The notes: generated from the letters alone by a model not told the origin. A DNA stretch of 64,000 nt from Zancudomyces culisetae HAW-14-8 (GCA_052426225.1 JBNJNM010000012.1:806001-870000); one strand, 5' to 3'; positions 37,082 through 50,443 are shown, counted from the stretch's first letter. Program-made: numbers and translations.

Positions 37082-38530
37082 ATGAGAATTCCTCACAAAA
37101 AGTTAATACAATACAATCTTTCTAGACTATCTGAATACGAAAACTATGGTCGGAAACATGCAAAATCAATCTATCGATGGCTAAGAGAGTTTTTTGACGA
37201 GTCACACAGTGGCCACAACGCCTTTGAACCATCAGGATCACTACACACAAAGCCAGTTAATTCCAAACCGAAAGCCCACAACACAACACCTAGTGTATAC
37301 TCATACAAAGCTATCTATTCCAGAAAGCGATCCTGGCTGGATTTTTTTACCACAAGCGTCAACAAAATCGTTAAGCACGATTACCCCTTGCAATATATTC
37401 TAAAAGATCACCCATTTAACGAGCTGACTTTGCGCGTAAAAAGACCATTACTTATCCCTCGCCCCGAAACTGAAGAATGGTCAACACGTTTGGCCCTGCT
37501 TATCAGAAGCAAGCTGATTTCATCTTCGACTTCTCCCCCAATTGAAAAAAAACAAGAATCTCAGCCAGAACTGCAACTGCAAAATAGAAAGCATAAAAGA
37601 GAACTGAAAATCTTGGATTTGTGTACTGGTACTGGTTGTATAGCTCTAAACTTGGCCAAGACGATATCCTCCTCCTCTTCTTCTTTCCCTTCATCCTTGT
37701 TGTCACATCCTGTTTCCACCCGGCCTCTTGACTACAAGTGCTCTGTTGTTGGTTTGGATCTGAACCCAGCCGCCGTCAACTTGGCTACTTATAATAAACG
37801 GCTGAATAACATTGAAAATGCAAAGTTTTACCAGTTCGATGTGTTCAATTTATATAAGCTATCAAAGCGCACAGATTTTGATATAGTTGTTTCGAATCCT
37901 CCATATGTGCCGTCTTATGAGTATGATGGCACTGGTAGCGACGAGTATGTGACTGACAGTGTTAAAAAATTTGAAGATAGACACGCACTAGTACCCAATC
38001 TCTCTTGCCGCAACTCAGTCCGACCATATAAATTGAGTAGTAACGAAAATCATAACAACGCGAGAGCTGGTTATGTTGATAGCCTAGGGATTGAGATACA
38101 TCTAGCAATCATTGATTTTGTCTATACTCAAAACACCAAATTCACTACAGGCCTTCCAAAAGTTGTATTAGAAGTCAGCTGTTCTTCATACTACGAACTT
38201 TCTACTAACAATTCACTTCATGCTAAACACTCTATAACCGAGAAATCTCACTCTCCAATATCCTATACCACAGCTGGAGGAGGCGTCTGCCCTGAAGTTA
38301 CCCAACAAAGTAATGCTCTTTTCGAAATGTACAAAAACCTGACCCTCAATGACATTAGATACCACGACGCTAGCGCCAATTCCGATACTATTGCTAATAC
38401 TATTAAAAAGGGTGGCGTATTATCTCAGGCCCAGCTATTAGCCAACATCATAAAATATAAATACAACCGCCCTAGCGTCGAAATTTGGCTGGATTGTTTT
38501 GGTAAAGAACGTGTTGTTTTGGGTTACTAA
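37082..38530 (+). CDS. HemK/PrmC-family release-factor glutamine methyltransferase, mitochondrial type (MTQ1/HEMK1-like)
   Basis: YPLQYIL, LLIPRPETEEW, ILDLCTGTGCIAL, GLDLN..AVNLA..N, FDIVVSNPPYV, FEDRHAL, D.FGKERVV. Confidence 0.9.
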   Translation: MRIPHKKLIQYNLSRLSEYENYGRKHAKSIYRWLREFFDESHSGHNAFEPSGSLHTKPVNSKPKAHNTTPSVYSYKAIYSRKRSWLDFFTTSVNKIVKHDYPLQYILKDHPFNELTLRVKRPLLIPRPETEEWSTRLALLIRSKLISSSTSPPIEKKQESQPELQLQNRKHKRELKILDLCTGTGCIALNLAKTISSSSSSFPSSLLSHPVSTRPLDYKCSVVGLDLNPAAVNLATYNKRLNNIENAKFYQFDVFNLYKLSKRTDFDIVVSNPPYVPSYEYDGTGSDEYVTDSVKKFEDRHALVPNLSCRNSVRPYKLSSNENHNNARAGYVDSLGIEIHLAIIDFVYTQNTKFTTGLPKVVLEVSCSSYYELSTNNSLHAKHSITEKSHSPISYTTAGGGVCPEVTQQSNALFEMYKNLTLNDIRYHDASANSDTIANTIKKGGVLSQAQLLANIIKYKYNRPSVEIWLDCFGKERVVLGY

Positions 38531-38766
38531 TGTATTTTTATTTGTTTTTACTTTTCACGTTTCATTTGCGAATCAGCAATAATAAAGTCTGGTGTTAATC
38601 CTCACCACATTTAAAGTATTTTGTAACCCCTGATTGCCTGTCGTCCATCACTAAAGCAGACTATAACAGTCACAAACTCCAAAATTAAAATTAAAATTAA
38701 AAATAAATAAATAAAGCTAAAAGAAGCATGTGCATCTGTGGGAAAATAAATGGAGTTGGTCTTCGA

Positions 38767-40263
38767 TTATATTTTCTGCATTTCAGAGCTCTGCTCCACT
38801 TGTTGTTTTCTTGGGAAGAATCTTAAGAAGACTGACCGCAAACAGAATCCCAATCCTGTAAAGATCAGTGATCCGATAGGAGCTGCTAAAAATGCACCCA
38901 GTACGCTATAGTCATCCATATATAATCCATCTGGAAGCATAAGCAGCCCCCATCCGTCTTTAGCGTTTCCATAATATATGGTTCCGAAGATTCCAACGCT
39001 CAAGATTCCACCAATTGCTCCAACACAAGCATCAAACTCTTCGATGAATGAGAATTGATGTATCAAGCCAATAAAAATGGGTATAAACGTAGCTGATGAC
39101 ATCAAATCTGCAAGCAAAAATATCTTTAATACATCGATCTGTTTCAATGACACAACTACTACTGGGATCATTATCACAAGAACTAGGACGCGGATGACTC
39201 TGAGACTCATCTTTTGGTATGTCAAGTCATTAATTGAAGCTATCATTGCACACATACACGTGTCCAGCGCAGAACATGCTAAACATGTTATGATAACCAC
39301 CGTAATTGCAATAACCCAACTTGGCATTGTTGCTAGCAGTGTAAAGTATGATTGGTATCCGAGGATATCTGAGTCCGCTGACCATGTTCCCGACCATGCT
39401 GCCAAAAGTCCAAAGATTCCAACCAATGTAAATAGAATAAATACTATTGATCCACCTATATACGTACTGATTCTTAGGTCTCTATTGTTCTTGGATGCAA
39501 ATGCGCGTTGCCAAAATCCTTGATGGAACATTGCAGATGATAGTAGTGCTATTATCATTACATAAATTGTGACCCATCCCACCTTTGTAGGTTTGAGTAA
39601 TCCAACATTTTCGATTGCCCCTTGTGGGATCTTGATGTTTACTGCGATCGTTATACTAGTCATGATTATAAGGACTAGTGCAAAAACTGACTGGAACGCA
39701 TCAGTAATTAGAGATGCATAGACACCGCCAAATGACGAGTATATTGTAACCACAGCAGCCAAAACTATGACAGGAACCAGTGGATTAACATCTGTGAGCA
39801 GCTCGAATGCACCATTGATCGTTGTCAACTCGCCAACCATGTACAGGAACATAAATACTACGCAAATAAGTCCATAGATAGTGTTCATGAATACACCATA
39901 TCTCCTGTTGAGGTAAAGTGTCATTGACCATGTTTCCGCGTTATGTTTTCTAAAAAGTGGTCCCACATATGAAAAGAAAAATATTGGTATCGCTGACGCC
40001 AAAGCATAGACAAAAACACCCATGAGCCCCGCAATGGTTCCATATTCTGGCAGCGAATAAAACATTGAAGAGCCTAGATTTACTGCCACAAAATTCATCG
40101 CAAGCGAAGAAAGCCGCTGGGAATATATTGCTTTGATAAATTTGTCCAAATCTTTTTTAGATTTCCAGCCCGCGATCACCCCAATTGTCAGGAACACACC
40201 CAGTGAGACATAAATCAAGGGATTGGCGATTGAAGAGGAAATTTGCTTTAGTTCTAGATCCAT
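38767..40263 (-). CDS. Sodium:solute symporter (SSS) family transporter, DUR3-like urea/polyamine/amino-acid type
   Basis: About 13 hydrophobic segments; LPEYGTIAG, RRYG, YSSFGGVYASLITDAFQ, FHQGFWQRAFASK, SALDT. Confidence 0.88.
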   Translation of the reverse strand: MDLELKQISSSIANPLIYVSLGVFLTIGVIAGWKSKKDLDKFIKAIYSQRLSSLAMNFVAVNLGSSMFYSLPEYGTIAGLMGVFVYALASAIPIFFFSYVGPLFRKHNAETWSMTLYLNRRYGVFMNTIYGLICVVFMFLYMVGELTTINGAFELLTDVNPLVPVIVLAAVVTIYSSFGGVYASLITDAFQSVFALVLIIMTSITIAVNIKIPQGAIENVGLLKPTKVGWVTIYVMIIALLSSAMFHQGFWQRAFASKNNRDLRISTYIGGSIVFILFTLVGIFGLLAAWSGTWSADSDILGYQSYFTLLATMPSWVIAITVVIITCLACSALDTCMCAMIASINDLTYQKMSLRVIRVLVLVIMIPVVVVSLKQIDVLKIFLLADLMSSATFIPIFIGLIHQFSFIEEFDACVGAIGGILSVGIFGTIYYGNAKDGWGLLMLPDGLYMDDYSVLGAFLAAPIGSLIFTGLGFCLRSVFLRFFPRKQQVEQSSEMQKI

Positions 40264-42417
40264 TTTTGCTTATTATTATTATTTTATCTTTATCTAGTTA
40301 TCTTGTTTACATGGTCAGTTTTGTCGCTTTTTATATGGTAAAAACCAAAAAGAACCGGGTTCATAACATCCTAGAGCCCGAACTTGGTACTCTTGTTGAT
40401 GTATGAAAGAAAATTTTTTTTAATTAATTTTTTTTCAGGTACATTGATCACGAATCCAAATGCTCAGATAAATCATCTTGACCAATTACCTAGGTTGTAA
40501 CTATTGCGCTTTACATAAGGGGCAGTTAATTTAAAATAGCGTGTCCATTTTATGCAATCGGATAAGATTAGCTTGAGTTGCTCAAACTCCCTTAGGAGTA
40601 TTTTATAGGTGCATGGAAATATACCATGTTCTCCTAAAGCAAATATTTGCCTTCTATATCTTTAGCTTCATCTAAGATCGATTCTGTCATGACTCACTAA
40701 AGAGACAAAGTTAGTGATTAGAAATACGTTATTTCCGCTCTGTAAGTCTAGACCAGTTTATGTTATATGAATACTTTACACCTCAATGTATTCGATATAC
40801 GTAAAAATATGTAATCCTGGTGAATATCATCACCAAGCTCTTTGGCCGTTGTTTATTCATCGATCTTTTTTTTTTTTGGCAGTTAAATTATAGTAAAAGA
40901 AAGCAAAAAGTGATAGAAAGGGGTGCTGTAGGCGTGATAAATGATGAGCAAGTATGGGTTAATAACTTGGGAGTATATGTAGGCCCATTTAAACTCATTT
41001 TTGATATCAAGTACTCTAGGTACCTTTAATGGGGTAGTGGTACTGGGGTTTAAATAGTATTAGTTGTGGATTAAATGATTTATAGCTGATAGTGACAGTC
41101 GGGTCATTTTTGGGAACAGCTTCTAGACAAAAACATTCTTACACCTCTAATTTTTATTGACTGCAGTTTTTACTTACTTCTTCTGAACAAGGCACAAGTC
41201 TGGTCTAAGAAACCACACATACATACGCATATAGACATTTTGATAATGTTAAAGTCCTTGTCTCTTTTTCTGTGTAAGCTAATTGAAATTGAACTATTTT
41301 TAATATTATGAAAAGATGGTATATCACATCTTTTATGAATCAACTATAATATGGAGGCAAATAAATTTGATGGTGTCAAGCCGCGAATTGAATATTTTTC
41401 GAAATTATGTGTTTTTTTACTCTTTTTGGTGATAATCTTGTACTAAGGTTACTGGCTCAATTTTTTCAAGCATTTATTACGTTTGTTAAAGAAGTATAAA
41501 AATAAAAGGAACCTGTAGATCTCTGCCAATTGTTTATTTACAATGGGGTGTGTTTCTTACTAAGCCTGTTAAATAGCACATTTTCTGATTGTAAAGACCT
41601 GAACAAAAAAAAAGGCACTCAGTATAATTGAAAATTGAAGGAAAATTGCAAAAGACGGATTTTGAAAAATCCATTTTATTTTGTTACCTACATTGTTGTC
41701 AAAGCTGTTGAAAATTTCAGCAAATCACAATTGGAAAAGTAGTGAGTTAGGAGGAAATTTAAAAATTACTGATGCAAGGTTTTGTGTTGCTATTCAAAAC
41801 ACAAAATTACGGCCTATATTTGCTATACAGGATAAGTCAACAGACAAACCAAAACTTTGTTTTTTGGAACCACCAACTAAAGTTTAAAATATAACTATTT
41901 ATTACGTCTCATTAATTCTTTAAACTACAGTTGTATTAAACGAAGACTACACTGAAAAACTGTGTTGTCATTATTTACTCATTTCTTTACGCTATACCAA
42001 ATTCACATACAGCTTGAAGCAATAATTCATCTGCTCTTACTCATCCGAAATAAGGTAATAAGGTAAAAAAAATGCAAAGTTTAGTAAACAGGCGCATTCA
42101 TTTATAGGATATATACTTAAGTGGTGTAAAATCGTTTTTATTTCCTCTTAAAAGGTGCAATAATAACTCTGTAACAAACAATCCTAAAATAGCAAAAATC
42201 TTCAAGGACAACTGACGGAGGTTTGCAAATTACATACTCAAGGTTTCTAGCACTGTGCAGGTCCTACTTGAAAAACAAGTGACGTAACTTAGAGTTGGGT
42301 ATATACATCTTTTGGTTATAATCAGTTCAGTGTAAACATCTACTCCATCTTACTGGTAGTGAATTTTACTTTCAAGGAACAAGTGTAAATAAGTGTTGAA
42401 GCGCAAACTACAAGGCA

Positions 42418-44635
42418 ATGGCAAATTATACATACGACGAGTCAGGTGTGACGTTTTTCTATTTTGCTTTGACAATAGCATCATTGGTAGTAGTGCCAAG
42501 CACACTACTTTTGCTCAGAAGCAAAGTATCTGGTGAGGTAAAAACTAAAACAACAACACTGAAATTCAGAACGCGAAAGACTGCTGACAAATCAGGGGGA
42601 TTCGGCATCAAGTATATACTTTTGGCAATAGGATGGATCTTAATTGCTCTTCTATCATACCAAGTGAAAAATAAAGAGGTAGTCACTGGACCAAAATGGG
42701 ATCCATATGAAATTCTGGGCTTGGAGACTGGTGCTGATTTCCAAAAGATTAAAAAGTCATTCAAAAAGTTATCGCTGAAATACCATCCAGATAAAATAAG
42801 AGGCACAGATGAGGAAAAGGTAAAGGCTGAGGCCTTTTACATCGACATCACTAGAGCGTATAAAACATTGACAGATGATGTCTCCCGAGAAAACTATGAA
42901 AAGTATGGAAATCCAGATGGCTTAATGTCAAGAACCATGGGAATTGCGTTGCCAAGAATACTTGTTGAAGCACACACATCACCATTTGTGATGATGCTTT
43001 ATGGATTATTCTTTGGGTTTGTTTTGCCGTATTACGTAGGAAGATGGTGGTATAGATCGAATCAATACACCAAAGATAAAATACTGAACCCAACAATGAG
43101 CACCTTTTTCAAAAATATTCGTGAACCAATTAGCTTACCAAACCTTATTGATCTTTTATGTGCTGCAGAAGAATTTAATACTGATGGACTTGAATTTGTT
43201 GAGGGTGATAGGCTTAATCTTCTAGAGCTTGAAAAGAAAGTACAAGAAGCAATGCAACGAATTGAATACATGGCATTCAAAAAATCCGAAAAAGTAAGTA
43301 GAACTTTCAATATTCTGTATATCCAGACATGTATAGCAGCAACTAAATAAAAAATATGCAAATGAAATGAAAATAGTATCACACTGACAGTCAATGGAAA
43401 GCTAAGGTCTTGCTACACTGCCACTTTTTAAGAGTCGAAGTAAACTATCCAGATTTGGCTGAACGTAAGTGTTATAATTTTTAATTTTTTATTCTTTTTG
43501 TTGTAACAGTTTGATAAAAATGCAATATTTGTGTTTGTGGTATAGAACAACTACGAATTGTCGAAAAATCCATTCACTTGGTTAGTAGAGGTTTGGTCCA
43601 GATATCCAACTCACAGACATGGGCTTCGTGTACAGCTGTTTGCATTAACATTATTCAAATGCTTGTCCAGGGTGTTTATGAATTTGCTCCACCACTTCTC
43701 CAGATTCCCTACATTGACTTTGATAAATTCCAGGAGCTACAAAAGGTATGTGCTAAATATTCAACATTTGCTTGGATGAATTTCTCTGTGTTTTTTTGTG
43801 TTTATATTGACTTTTTTTGTCTATAAATATCTGATATTCTCTATATAACATTTGATTTATATTGATTCTATAGAACCATGGACTTTATGGAACTTTCCAA
43901 ACCAAAAAGCTCTTGGAAAATGGAGATGATAAGCTCATTGCAAGCTTTGGCGAGCACAAAGATACAATCGTGAAATCAATAATGTCTGTTCCTGAGTTTA
44001 CCATCGCACGTACTTTGTTTACTGTTATTGGTGATCGTGTGATAACACCTCTCTCAATTGTCTCTTTGATTGTCGACCTTAAACTCATCAATCCACCCGA
44101 GAACTCACCAAAGCCAGACCCTATGGTTTCCAAAATATCATCTATGCTTTCTACTGTCTCGGATACTGATTGTGAAAAAATTGAAGATATATTTGGCCAT
44201 ATCCAGAAACTCAAGGCTCCTAATGTAGAGGCTCCAGAAGCAACCGCTCCTTACCTAGCAGCTCGTAAACTTTCAAATTGGTGGTTTATTCTGTATAACC
44301 CGCAAAACTATAGAACTGTAATTCCACCTGTTTACATCACCGATCTGACTTCCGAGAAGATTCTTGTAGCCCAGTTCCAGGCTCCTCATCAGCCAGGCTC
44401 GTATGACTTTAATATTCTTGTAATGTCAGATTCCTACATTGGTTGTAATGTACAACACCACATGAAACTTGTTGTCGCAAATCCATCAGTTTTGCCTCCT
44501 GAGCCTGAATACGAAGACGATATTTCTGAGCCTGAGGAAAACTCATTGGCCGCCCAGATGCGAGATGCGCGGTCCAAATCTGCCCAACATGGTGCTGGTG
44601 GGAATGCAGATTATGATTCCTCTGACGAGGATTGA
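42418..44635 (+). CDS. SEC63: ER translocon J-domain protein SEC63; 4 exons
   Basis: YTYDESGVTFFYFALT, WDPYEILG..KLSLKYHPDK J domain, YEKYGNPDG..GIALP, Sec63/Brl domain, APY..WWF, FQAP..PGSYDF..MSDSYIG, acidic tail; GT-AG introns near 43294, 43464 and 43746. Confidence 0.96.
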
Positions 44636-47600
44636 TAATATTTTTTATTTTATTGCTCTTTTACGTTTTTTTGTTGTTATATTTTGAGTTGTTCATATTC
44701 TCATGGATAACCACCTAAAACCATTTTTTTTATAAAGATAACTAAAACTCAACTTTTAAGTTCATGTTGAAATGCTTTTTTCCTTATCTGGCAGATTTTT
44801 TTCTACTACCACCACCCCATTTTCACAACTAATTTTTCTTCTGGAGTTGCAATTTAGGATAATAATATTGAAGGAAACTAATAAAAAAAGTCTGACTTTG
44901 CTCGCAAGTTCATTTAATGGCATATGTGAAGGTGTTTCCAGTCACCAATAGTAGTAGAATTTCTATTTTGCTCACACCAGCAAACATGCCACGTTATACA
45001 CCCCGACTTTAACACACATCACTATTGAGTTTACTCTTCGGTTATTTTCTAAATATAAAATGTATATCGTCATCCTGTGTAAGATCACTGAAATGAGGGT
45101 ATTGAAAAACAAAATGGATGCGCATTACACATATTCTTGAAATTTCAATAATAGACGTTGGAAATGAAAATGGTGATTTGGGGAGTCAATATTGCAAGTC
45201 TGCGTAATTTAATCACACATCCCCTATATGCTATATGCCAACCTGCTTTTGTTTATTTTTACCATCGATACACGTCATGAATAATCATGTGGCGTTTGCA
45301 ATAATATATGGCGTTATTTTTTTTTTTGCTCTATTCTCACAAAACCATAGCAAGTGAATTGGGATTATTTCATAACACATCATTAATACTGGGAATTATC
45401 ACCAGTCATATACATTGACACTACTCTAATCCCATTTTTTATTCCCGGTCTTGATCAGGGTAGCAACATCTTTGTACATGAATTGTTTGGGTGGATAATT
45501 TATGTATTTGAAAAATAGTATTATACTATTTTACTTTTTTTGGATTCGGTTAGTAAAACGGGGCACCAACCCACTCATACATTCAAAATCCAGGGCGATT
45601 TCTCAAAGGGTCTATTTGTATTTTAGCTTAATTTCTTTTTCCCTGCTGGAGTTGTATGTGTTTTTAGATCGTATATGACGACTGAAGAGCACTACATTTA
45701 TGCGGTGGGTGCATCACGGGTTTTGCATACGTGGGATGCCATGTAGATACCACTCCACCACTTAACCAAAAAAAAAAATACAAAAAGAAAAATATAGCCC
45801 TTAGCAGCGTTCTTTTTTTGTCATATTCTTTTATCCAGCTATTTTTGGCCAAAAGTCGTCTGAAAAAAACAGCACTATTCACAGGAAACTTGATTCGGAG
45901 TTTCAGTCTTTAGTTTCTTTGCAAATATTCAAGTAAATGATCTACAACCTTGATACCGCACATAAGCTTACTAGTTTTTCTTTGTAGCCTAATAACTGAG
46001 CTATTTATAAAGCGTGACTAAATCCCGTTTCTAAGCGATTATTTTGTAACAGGTAGTAGGTAGTAGGCATAATGGATGTAGCATGTACCACTTTACCCCT
46101 GGATTTTATACTCTCTGTAGCGATCATTTTATTGCGATAAGCGCTTTTGCTAGTATCATTAGCTCTATCTTTTTTCTTTTTCTTTTCCTTTGCTTTTTCC
46201 TTTGCCTTTGTTTTTGTCTTTGTCTTTGTCTTTGTCATCGTTTTTTTCCATTATTTATAGCAAATTCCCTTATTTTATTTTTTTTGGGTAAAGCACAGTC
46301 AGCTGAATAGCGTCTGTAAAAAGCACAATGTTATTCACACATTTTTATTTGAGACGAACACAAATAGAAAGTTAAGCTTAGAAAGCAGCAGAATAAAAAA
46401 AAGCAACATTACACATATTATATTTGGACAGCTATTACTTTTGTATTTTCTACTAAATTTTGCAATGTTCTGCATCTATCCATTGCGCATTACTAAATAT
46501 ACAAAGGTTGTTTCTGGTGTATATGTCATGGCTAAAATTACTAGTGATTGGAAATGTGTTGCAGTGACTCCTTTCATTACTTATTAGAGTTTTACTTGTT
46601 TGCATTTTTTTATAAAAATACAATTTACATTGCTATATAAATAAACCCCAACCGTGTTCCAGAATGTAACGAGACTCATGTAACTACAAACATTAATTGC
46701 TTTCTCAAGGTTTACGCAGCTCTCTCACCACTTCTCGCCCTCTTTATGCATTTATTTTCCAATTGGTTCCCTTTAATACTATTTTTTTTATTACTTTTCT
46801 TTCTATACTAAAGAAGTATGTATCACAATATCATTTGAATCATACCACTACTTTGTTGTAATCTTTTCTAGATGATACGACCCACATTGAGACATATTAA
46901 TGTTGTTAATATATAAAACATGTGAATATGCGTTGTGGACAATAATATCCATTAAGCACAGAAACAGACTTTTTCTACAAGTCAATATGATTACAAGTAG
47001 ATTTATTAGCCTAATCCGCATCAACTGGTAAATCACAACAAAAAACTCTACCAAAATTCAAAAAGCTAATATATATGGACAAATTCAAATATATTGCGAA
47101 CCCAAAAATGCAATGTATCTGTATTGATCAACACACATATTTCTTTTCTAGTTGGTCTGTTTTTGTCACAACACATTGAGTACCAGTTGTCTAACTGAAT
47201 TATATAATATTTAGAAATTATATTTATTCCTTAAAAAAAGCAAAACAAATTCTGAGGATAACACATAATTTACCAGATTGGTAGATAATTGTGTTTGCTG
47301 TAGTAGCGCGATTTAGGTGTTGTTTGCAAGTACATATTAGAAATCCATCATCTGATGTTCCGATACCCTTTTAAGCAGAATTTTCGAAATTCCGCTAATA
47401 AAAAACCACACATATTTTTCACTAATTGCACATAACAAAAATGACGAATTTGCTAATTAACGTTTACTAACATTTGATTTGCTCTGTTTGATATCTACCA
47501 TTTATTGTTTATAGTGTACCCACTTTCACTATGGGAACACCGTAATCTTTAGTATCGCAATAAAGGAAAATAAATATATACCCATTGATAATTAATATAC

Positions 47601-49422
47601 ATAAATATGGTACATTGTGTTGTTGTTATTGTGTGGCTGCGATACAAGGTATATATGCGCACATAAATATAGTATAACGCTGACTTCCCAAATATAATGT
47701 CAGATAAGGACGCTCGATATTGGCATCTGAAGCCACATTTGATACTGTTTTTTGCACAAACAAGAAAATTTTCTCGCCTATACGCCAGCTCTAGTCTCTT
47801 AAAAAGCATCAGATTAATACAGGCAAGCATCAAAATGAACTTGCTTGTAATATGACAAATTAGCGCAAAGCTATTGCGATTTTGGGTTTTGTTTTAGCTA
47901 TTTCTCATTAGTTACATAAAGGGAAATGGATATTCTTTTTATAATCGATTAATTTCAAACGAATATTTCCTGTTTGAATAAATTAAATGGTTGTTAGATT
48001 AATGCATTTACTAATACCTACTTCGAATCCTACCACCACAACAAAACAAAAAGCCATAATACATTTGAGGATTCTGGCTAATGGTTTTCGATAAGCTGTT
48101 TGGTTTACTAAGTATATAGCTACTAAATTACACACAAGGTCACTTCTATGGTGCAAGACATTTCTAAGGTAGTGATATTCTATTTTTAAAACCCCCCACA
48201 ACGTGGAAGCAACAGGTGACACAATCCAGTAGATAACACGCACATTTTTTTCTAACCACTAAGCGCCAGCAAACGATATAATTGTTTTAGTTTTGGTAAA
48301 TGACCCTTGTGATAAAAATATTGGAAAGCTGTGTTGGGGAGAGAGGATAAAACAGGAATGGTAGAGTCAAGCCTTTGGAATTTCACTAGCAATCGGTTTG
48401 ACAATGACTTGGGTGCAAAACAGGTTAAGGCGAATTAAAGCGGTCTTTTTCTGTTTGCTTTACATAACGGATACTTGCACTGTTCGATAACAACGTCAAG
48501 AGTTTGATATAAAGATTCCAAATATTTCTACTCAGTGTACCACCTGGTATGCAAATAAAGCAGGGGTTACCTCCATGTCCATACCCATGTCCTTATTCGT
48601 ATCCACATTCACATCTGTATCAATGTTTATTTAATGTTCATTTAATGTCCATTTAATGTTCATGTCCATGTCCATATTCAGACATGCCAGCCAAGACCTG
48701 GCTAGAATCCAATATGTGAATTCTAACAAAAATCTTGAAAAACTAAGCTGCCGTCTCAGCTGACCCGTCTATATTTTCTTTTTCTTTTTCTTTATTTGTG
48801 AACCAGAAGTTCGATGTTTTTGAATGTTCTACATTGTTACAAAAATGCTATTATGCTTCGAAATTGATTCGGGTCATTATTTGCTGACCTCTTTGTAAAA
48901 TCTACGCGAAAATCCCGTAAATTAGGGTTTTAAAGTTAAAACTTTATAATTCACATCAATAAAGCAGTGATTTTTTATTTATGATCCTCCATTTTTGTTT
49001 TGCTTTTTTTGAAGAAAAAAATAATTATTGCAGTACGAGGAGGGTGACTCTACGTTTATAAATCGTAGTTCTTTTAAAATTCAAGGCTATAGCATTAGTT
49101 AAACTACACCACTTTTTTACCAGTCTGGTTGCTACGTGAACCATTTGTTTCTTGGATTTTATTTTCTTTTAGTAATTATTTGAAGTAAAATATACAAAAC
49201 CCGAATAACATATTGAGCCAGGATGAAACAATACACAAAAGCGTAAATTGCGATTACAGGAAGATGTAGTTTGTTATTTCTTTGAACTTTCTTTTGCTGT
49301 AAAAGAAAAGTTGTGGATTTGTACTCAATTACACTGTTTATAAATTAGAAATTTCAATGTGCTACTCTCAACTTGACATTATATAGGGTTGTTGTCATAA
49401 CACAAAGTTTTAATCCAAGTTT

Positions 49423-49469
49423 CCCTATCCCTATCCCTATCCCTATCCCTATCCCTTTCCCTTTCCCTT
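49423..49469. repeat. Hexamer microsatellite (CCCTAT)5 followed by (CCCTTT)2-3
   Basis: Read directly. Confidence 0.9.
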
Positions 49470-50428
49470 CGTCCATCTCTAACTCTCTTACTCTTTGTGA
49501 TTTTTGAAAAGGGAAAACCTCATATGAAAAACATGGATAATTTTTTAATAAAAAAAGCATGGAAAGTTTGATATTGCAGGATAAAATAAAAGTACAATTT
49601 GTCATATGAGCAAGAATAAGAAAATAGATTGTGATACACATTTATTTAGCTAGCGTCTAATTTAGAGGTTTCTTAATTAAATTAGATAAACCAAATTACC
49701 CAAGCGATAGTTCAACTATGGTTATGGCGTATCCCTTTTGAAAAGGATCTATGCTAAATTTGCTAAAGAAACTGAAAAAGAACGCAGTGATTTTAACGAT
49801 GATAAATGTTAATTGGAAAAAACACCAATAGTTTGCTCATAACTCGTTTGGCTGAGGAAAAACGGGACCAATACTAAAGTAATTAGGCGGCTCTCAAGAT
49901 TGTTCAAGCCAGGAAAACAGATAAAAAAATTTTTTATTTACCTTTTTCTCCTAGCTTTTTCCTCATACCTGAGAAAACAGGAAAAATGTTCTAAATTTCA
50001 AATGAGATTAGGGCAAAATGTTTTCAATTTGCCTTTTTTAAATAAGACCACATTATCATAGGCAATTGGCCCAAATCCACCAATATTTTTATCTGCTATG
50101 ACAGCCTTGCTAACCAGTTTCATCAAATTTCGTAGTGGTTAGAATTTGTATCCTAATTAATTTTGAAATACCGTTAATTAACATTAGACCTTTATCCAAA
50201 TGGGTTAAAAAAAAACAGCTAAAAGGACTGAGCCTGCAGCAGATGGTTATATTTTTCTTTTCTTTTGTGCATTTTTCTAATCACATCCATCGCCCAATAT
50301 TGATGTAAAAAATATTCCGCACAATTTAAAATAAAGGGCAAGTGGGTATTCTGAAGGGGCGAAGGGAAGGGTTTGTCTATCAAGGCTTGTTATTAGCATT
50401 AATAATTTTTGTCACTAGTTTTTTTTTG

Positions 50429-50443
50429 TATATAAATGAGTCA
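50429..50443 (+). promoter_or_regulatory. TATA box TATATAAA directly abutting a TGAGTCA (Gcn4/AP-1-type) site upstream of the C2H2 gene
   Basis: TATATAAA 50429-50436 and TGAGTCA 50437-50443, about 200 nt upstream of ATG 50644, followed by a CA-rich leader. Confidence 0.45.

Noticed and set aside
41570-41890. Minus-strand frame interrupted only by TGA codons (possible mitochondrial insertion), and the 68-aa plus-strand ORF
   Set aside because: The translation resembles no protein I recognise; consistent with chance in AT-rich DNA. BLASTX with translation table 4 would settle it.
42280-42287. TGACGTAA bZIP-type site upstream of SEC63 as an unfolded-protein-response element
   Set aside because: A single 8-mer that is not the exact Hac1/XBP1 consensus; insufficient without conservation data.
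49423-49469. CCCTAT array as an interstitial telomere
   Set aside because: Only five units, differs from CCCTAA and decays into CCCTTT; a simple microsatellite is more parsimonious.
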